Below, piece after piece: positions 57,483-59,732 of a DNA stretch of 59,732 bases (within the stretch, counting starts at the first letter, position 1; each line of letters opens with the position of its first letter). Location of the stretch: contig CALSSD010000007.1 of assembly GCA_943788915.1 (NCBI GenBank), positions 186,001-245,732 of the forward strand. The letters run 5' to 3'. The position numbers were made by a program, and so were the translations under genes. The notes below the pieces were generated by a model, which was not told the origin of the DNA, ran no database searches, and worked only from the letters and a program-made list of their open reading frames with translations. This DNA comes from an uncultured Acidimicrobiales bacterium. Lineage in GTDB: Bacteria > Actinomycetota > Acidimicrobiia > Acidimicrobiales > UBA10347.

Positions 57483-58575
57483 CTAGGCTGTCTCAGCCTG
57501 AGCAACACGTTCTGTGGGTGTCGCCCAACGACCCTTCATTCGCAGGAACGGCTGCTCGATCACGGCAAACGAGAACCACGCTGCAATAAAGGCGGCGGCA
57601 AAGCCCAAAGCTGCATCGAGCAGGCGGCCGTCCATACCGATGAATACAAAGATCGGCCAGTGATAGATGTACAGGCCATACGATCGACGGCCAATCGCTA
57701 CTGGCGCCGGGGTGTGCCAATGCTCTCGCTGTTAACGATTCTGGGCGGGCCAACACATCGATAATGAGCAAGATCGTCAGCATCACTATGACGGCGAAAC
57801 CGTAGGTGTTCATGTCCTTCCCGCGGATGATGATCACAGTCCCCACGATGGCGATCACCGGTGGCAATATCGGATGGCCGAACTTACGAACTGTGCCTCG
57901 GTACATAGCCCATCCAACAGCAAGCGCACACCCAGCCAAGACGCCGTCGATATGTGAGAACGTCGCGTTGTAAAGCAATTCGCTACGGACACCAGCGGCA
58001 TCCATGCCAGCTCGGAGGGCAGCGCTGACAACCGCTCCAACCACAGCTATTTGAGCCATTCGAACAGCCCCCCGGCGACGTTTTAGCAAAGCGACTGCGA
58101 CTACTGGCCAGATTAGATAGAACTGCTCTTCGATAGCCAGCGACCATGCGTGTCCCAACATGCCGCCTCCGCTCCATCCTGCCGCCCTGGGAATGTTCAT
58201 GGTGTAGAACAGAGTGAAGGGCACCGCCTTTAGCGTCTCAAGGAACGACCTGTTCGTTGCCCCGAAGACCGGCATCTTCAGCCATGCCAGGAATAGCGCA
58301 CCAGCGATAGCCACGATCAGCGCCGGATATAGCCTGAGCGCTCTTCGCATCCAGAAGGAGCGCAGGTCGATCTTGTCCCGCCGGTCGTGCTCAACCAACA
58401 ACAAGCTAGTAATCAGGAAACCCGAGAGGACAAAGAAGACATCGACACCCGCGCGGCCACCACGGAACCCTGGCAAGTTTGCGTGGAACGCCAACACCAA
58501 CACCACAGCGATCGCCCGTATGCCATCAAGAGCCGGGACGTGGCCAAGCCTTTCGCACTGCTTGGTCCCGTTCAC
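57483..58575 (-). CDS. Acyltransferase-3 (OafA/YrhL-like), one +1 frameshift as sequenced
   Basis: LDGIRAIAV, GVDVFFVLSGFLIT, RRALRLYP, HAWSLAIEEQFY. Deleting one base of the run at 57709-57712 restores IGRRSYGLYIYHWPI...IEQPF. Start uncertain. Confidence 0.88.
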
Positions 58576-58730
58576 AGCGATCGTCGGCCAGTCTTGTTGC
58601 TCATTCGAGCACCATAGGGCGCCAATGTTCTTTGGTTGGGGAGGCTTTATCAATGCTCGACGTGCCGCTATGGTCTCAAGATCGCCCTTTCAGGAATGAT
58701 TCAAATGTCGATATCATCAGGAGCACCACG

Positions 58731-59600
58731 TTGACGAGCCGGTATGGGCAAGCAACCTCGGTCTCTGCGGCAGTGCAAAAGACCATCCGAAATCCGCGAC
58801 TGGCTCTGCCGCTGGTGCGCAGCGCTCTCAGCCAACGTGTCCTTGGACCACTGAATGCAAACCGCCGACCCGGTGCCGTCGCACTCTTCCACATCGGACG
58901 CTGCGGCAGCACGGTGCTTACCGAACTACTTGACCAGCATCCGAAGATGTACTGGGACGGCGAAACCTACGGCCGTGTACTTGACGAACTCAAGGATGCC
59001 GGACAGGACCGCTCGACGAGCGGATTCGATCCCGCAACCTACGTGGAGCAGCGATTACAACGGTCGGGCAGCCGTTGGTTCGGATACGACGTGAAGTTCT
59101 TCCACGTGACCGACTTCAATGTCACGGTCGACGACTACGTCAAACAAATCACGTCAAGGGGTATTACCCACCTCGTGGTCTTGCGCCGACGCAACTACTT
59201 GCGAAAAGTCGTCTCGACCGAGATCGGACAACTACGAGGCTGGTATCACAAGAGGGACGGCCTCGCTGTCGAAAGGATACGTCTGAACTTCAGCGCGAAA
59301 GACCTCAGCCGTTTGCTCGGTCAGTTCGAACAATGGGACCGCGAGTATGCAATCCTTGATGGAGTTTCGGCGGCGCATCCGGTGCTTCAAATCGACTACG
59401 AAACCCATATCGAGAACGACCCGCGGGTCGCCTACAAGATGGTCTCGGACTTCTTGGGCCTCGCTCCCTTCGAGACTCAGGTCACGCTCCGCCGCGCCAA
59501 CCCCGAACCACTCAGCGACTTGGTCGAGAACCTGGACGAGGTCGAGGCTGTTCTTCGCGGCACCTCCTACGCATGGATGACCACGAGCGACGCGCCATAG
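58731..59600 (+). CDS. Stf0-like sulfotransferase
   Basis: HIGRCGSTVL, VLRRRNYLRKVVS, IDYE, LVENLDEV. TTG start 7 nt after AGGAG. Confidence 0.75.
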   Translation: MTSRYGQATSVSAAVQKTIRNPRLALPLVRSALSQRVLGPLNANRRPGAVALFHIGRCGSTVLTELLDQHPKMYWDGETYGRVLDELKDAGQDRSTSGFDPATYVEQRLQRSGSRWFGYDVKFFHVTDFNVTVDDYVKQITSRGITHLVVLRRRNYLRKVVSTEIGQLRGWYHKRDGLAVERIRLNFSAKDLSRLLGQFEQWDREYAILDGVSAAHPVLQIDYETHIENDPRVAYKMVSDFLGLAPFETQVTLRRANPEPLSDLVENLDEVEAVLRGTSYAWMTTSDAP

Positions 59601-59609
59601 CCGCTGCTC

Positions 59610-59643
59610 CCGCTGCCAGGGTGCAGTAGCGGACTGGCAGCGG
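59610..59643. terminator. 10-bp GC stem-loop right after the sulfotransferase stop
   Basis: CCGCTGCCAG / CTGGCAGCGG, 14-nt loop, no U-tract. Confidence 0.35.
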
Positions 59644-59732
59644 AAGAGCGAGAACCCGAACCAAGCGAACTCATCGCCATAGAGACCAATGGAGATACAA
59701 GTCTTCCATGTGCAAGGAAGCGCAGCCGAGCG

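Overview
High-GC actinobacterial chromosome segment. Two WhiB genes, a SenX3/RegX3-type two-component system, a DUF4012-type protein and an LAxTG sorting signal point to Actinomycetota; Acidimicrobiia is plausible but inferred. Layout: (1) 2.3-14.9 kb, minus strand: phosphate/polyphosphate cluster hyp-ppk1-NUDIX | PHO box | pstS (two near-identical binding domains)-pstC-pstA (extra TM repeats)-pstB-phoU-surE-senX3-regX3. (2) 15.0-21.7 kb, the main finding: a five-gene Dlt/AlgI-type envelope acylation operon. It encodes a Zn-ribbon/SAM-methyltransferase/adenylation fusion, an adenylation-carrier protein fusion, a membrane-anchored SGNH enzyme, an MBOAT, and a 46-aa single-TM micro-protein ending in FRYAGF (DltX-like acyl-shuttle motif) that is missing from the ORF track. 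(3) 21.8-33.4 kb: housekeeping/accessory genes (HtrA, a stand-alone GyrB TOPRIM half, 2 WhiB, thiolase, MFS, TatA, 2 SDRs, VWA protein, PIG-L pseudogene, coaA). (4) 33.4-59.6 kb: surface-glycan locus (rfbDABC, sortase substrate, LMW-PTP, DUF4012-type protein, 2 NDP-sugar dehydrogenases, 2 methyltransferases, 4 GTs, ABC exporter, 4 sulfotransferase-like genes, OafA-like acyltransferase) with a complete IS3 element (3-bp TSD) inserted in a sulfotransferase 3' end. Several genes carry extra bases in short homopolymers, most likely consensus sequencing errors. No rRNA, tRNA or CRISPR array was found.
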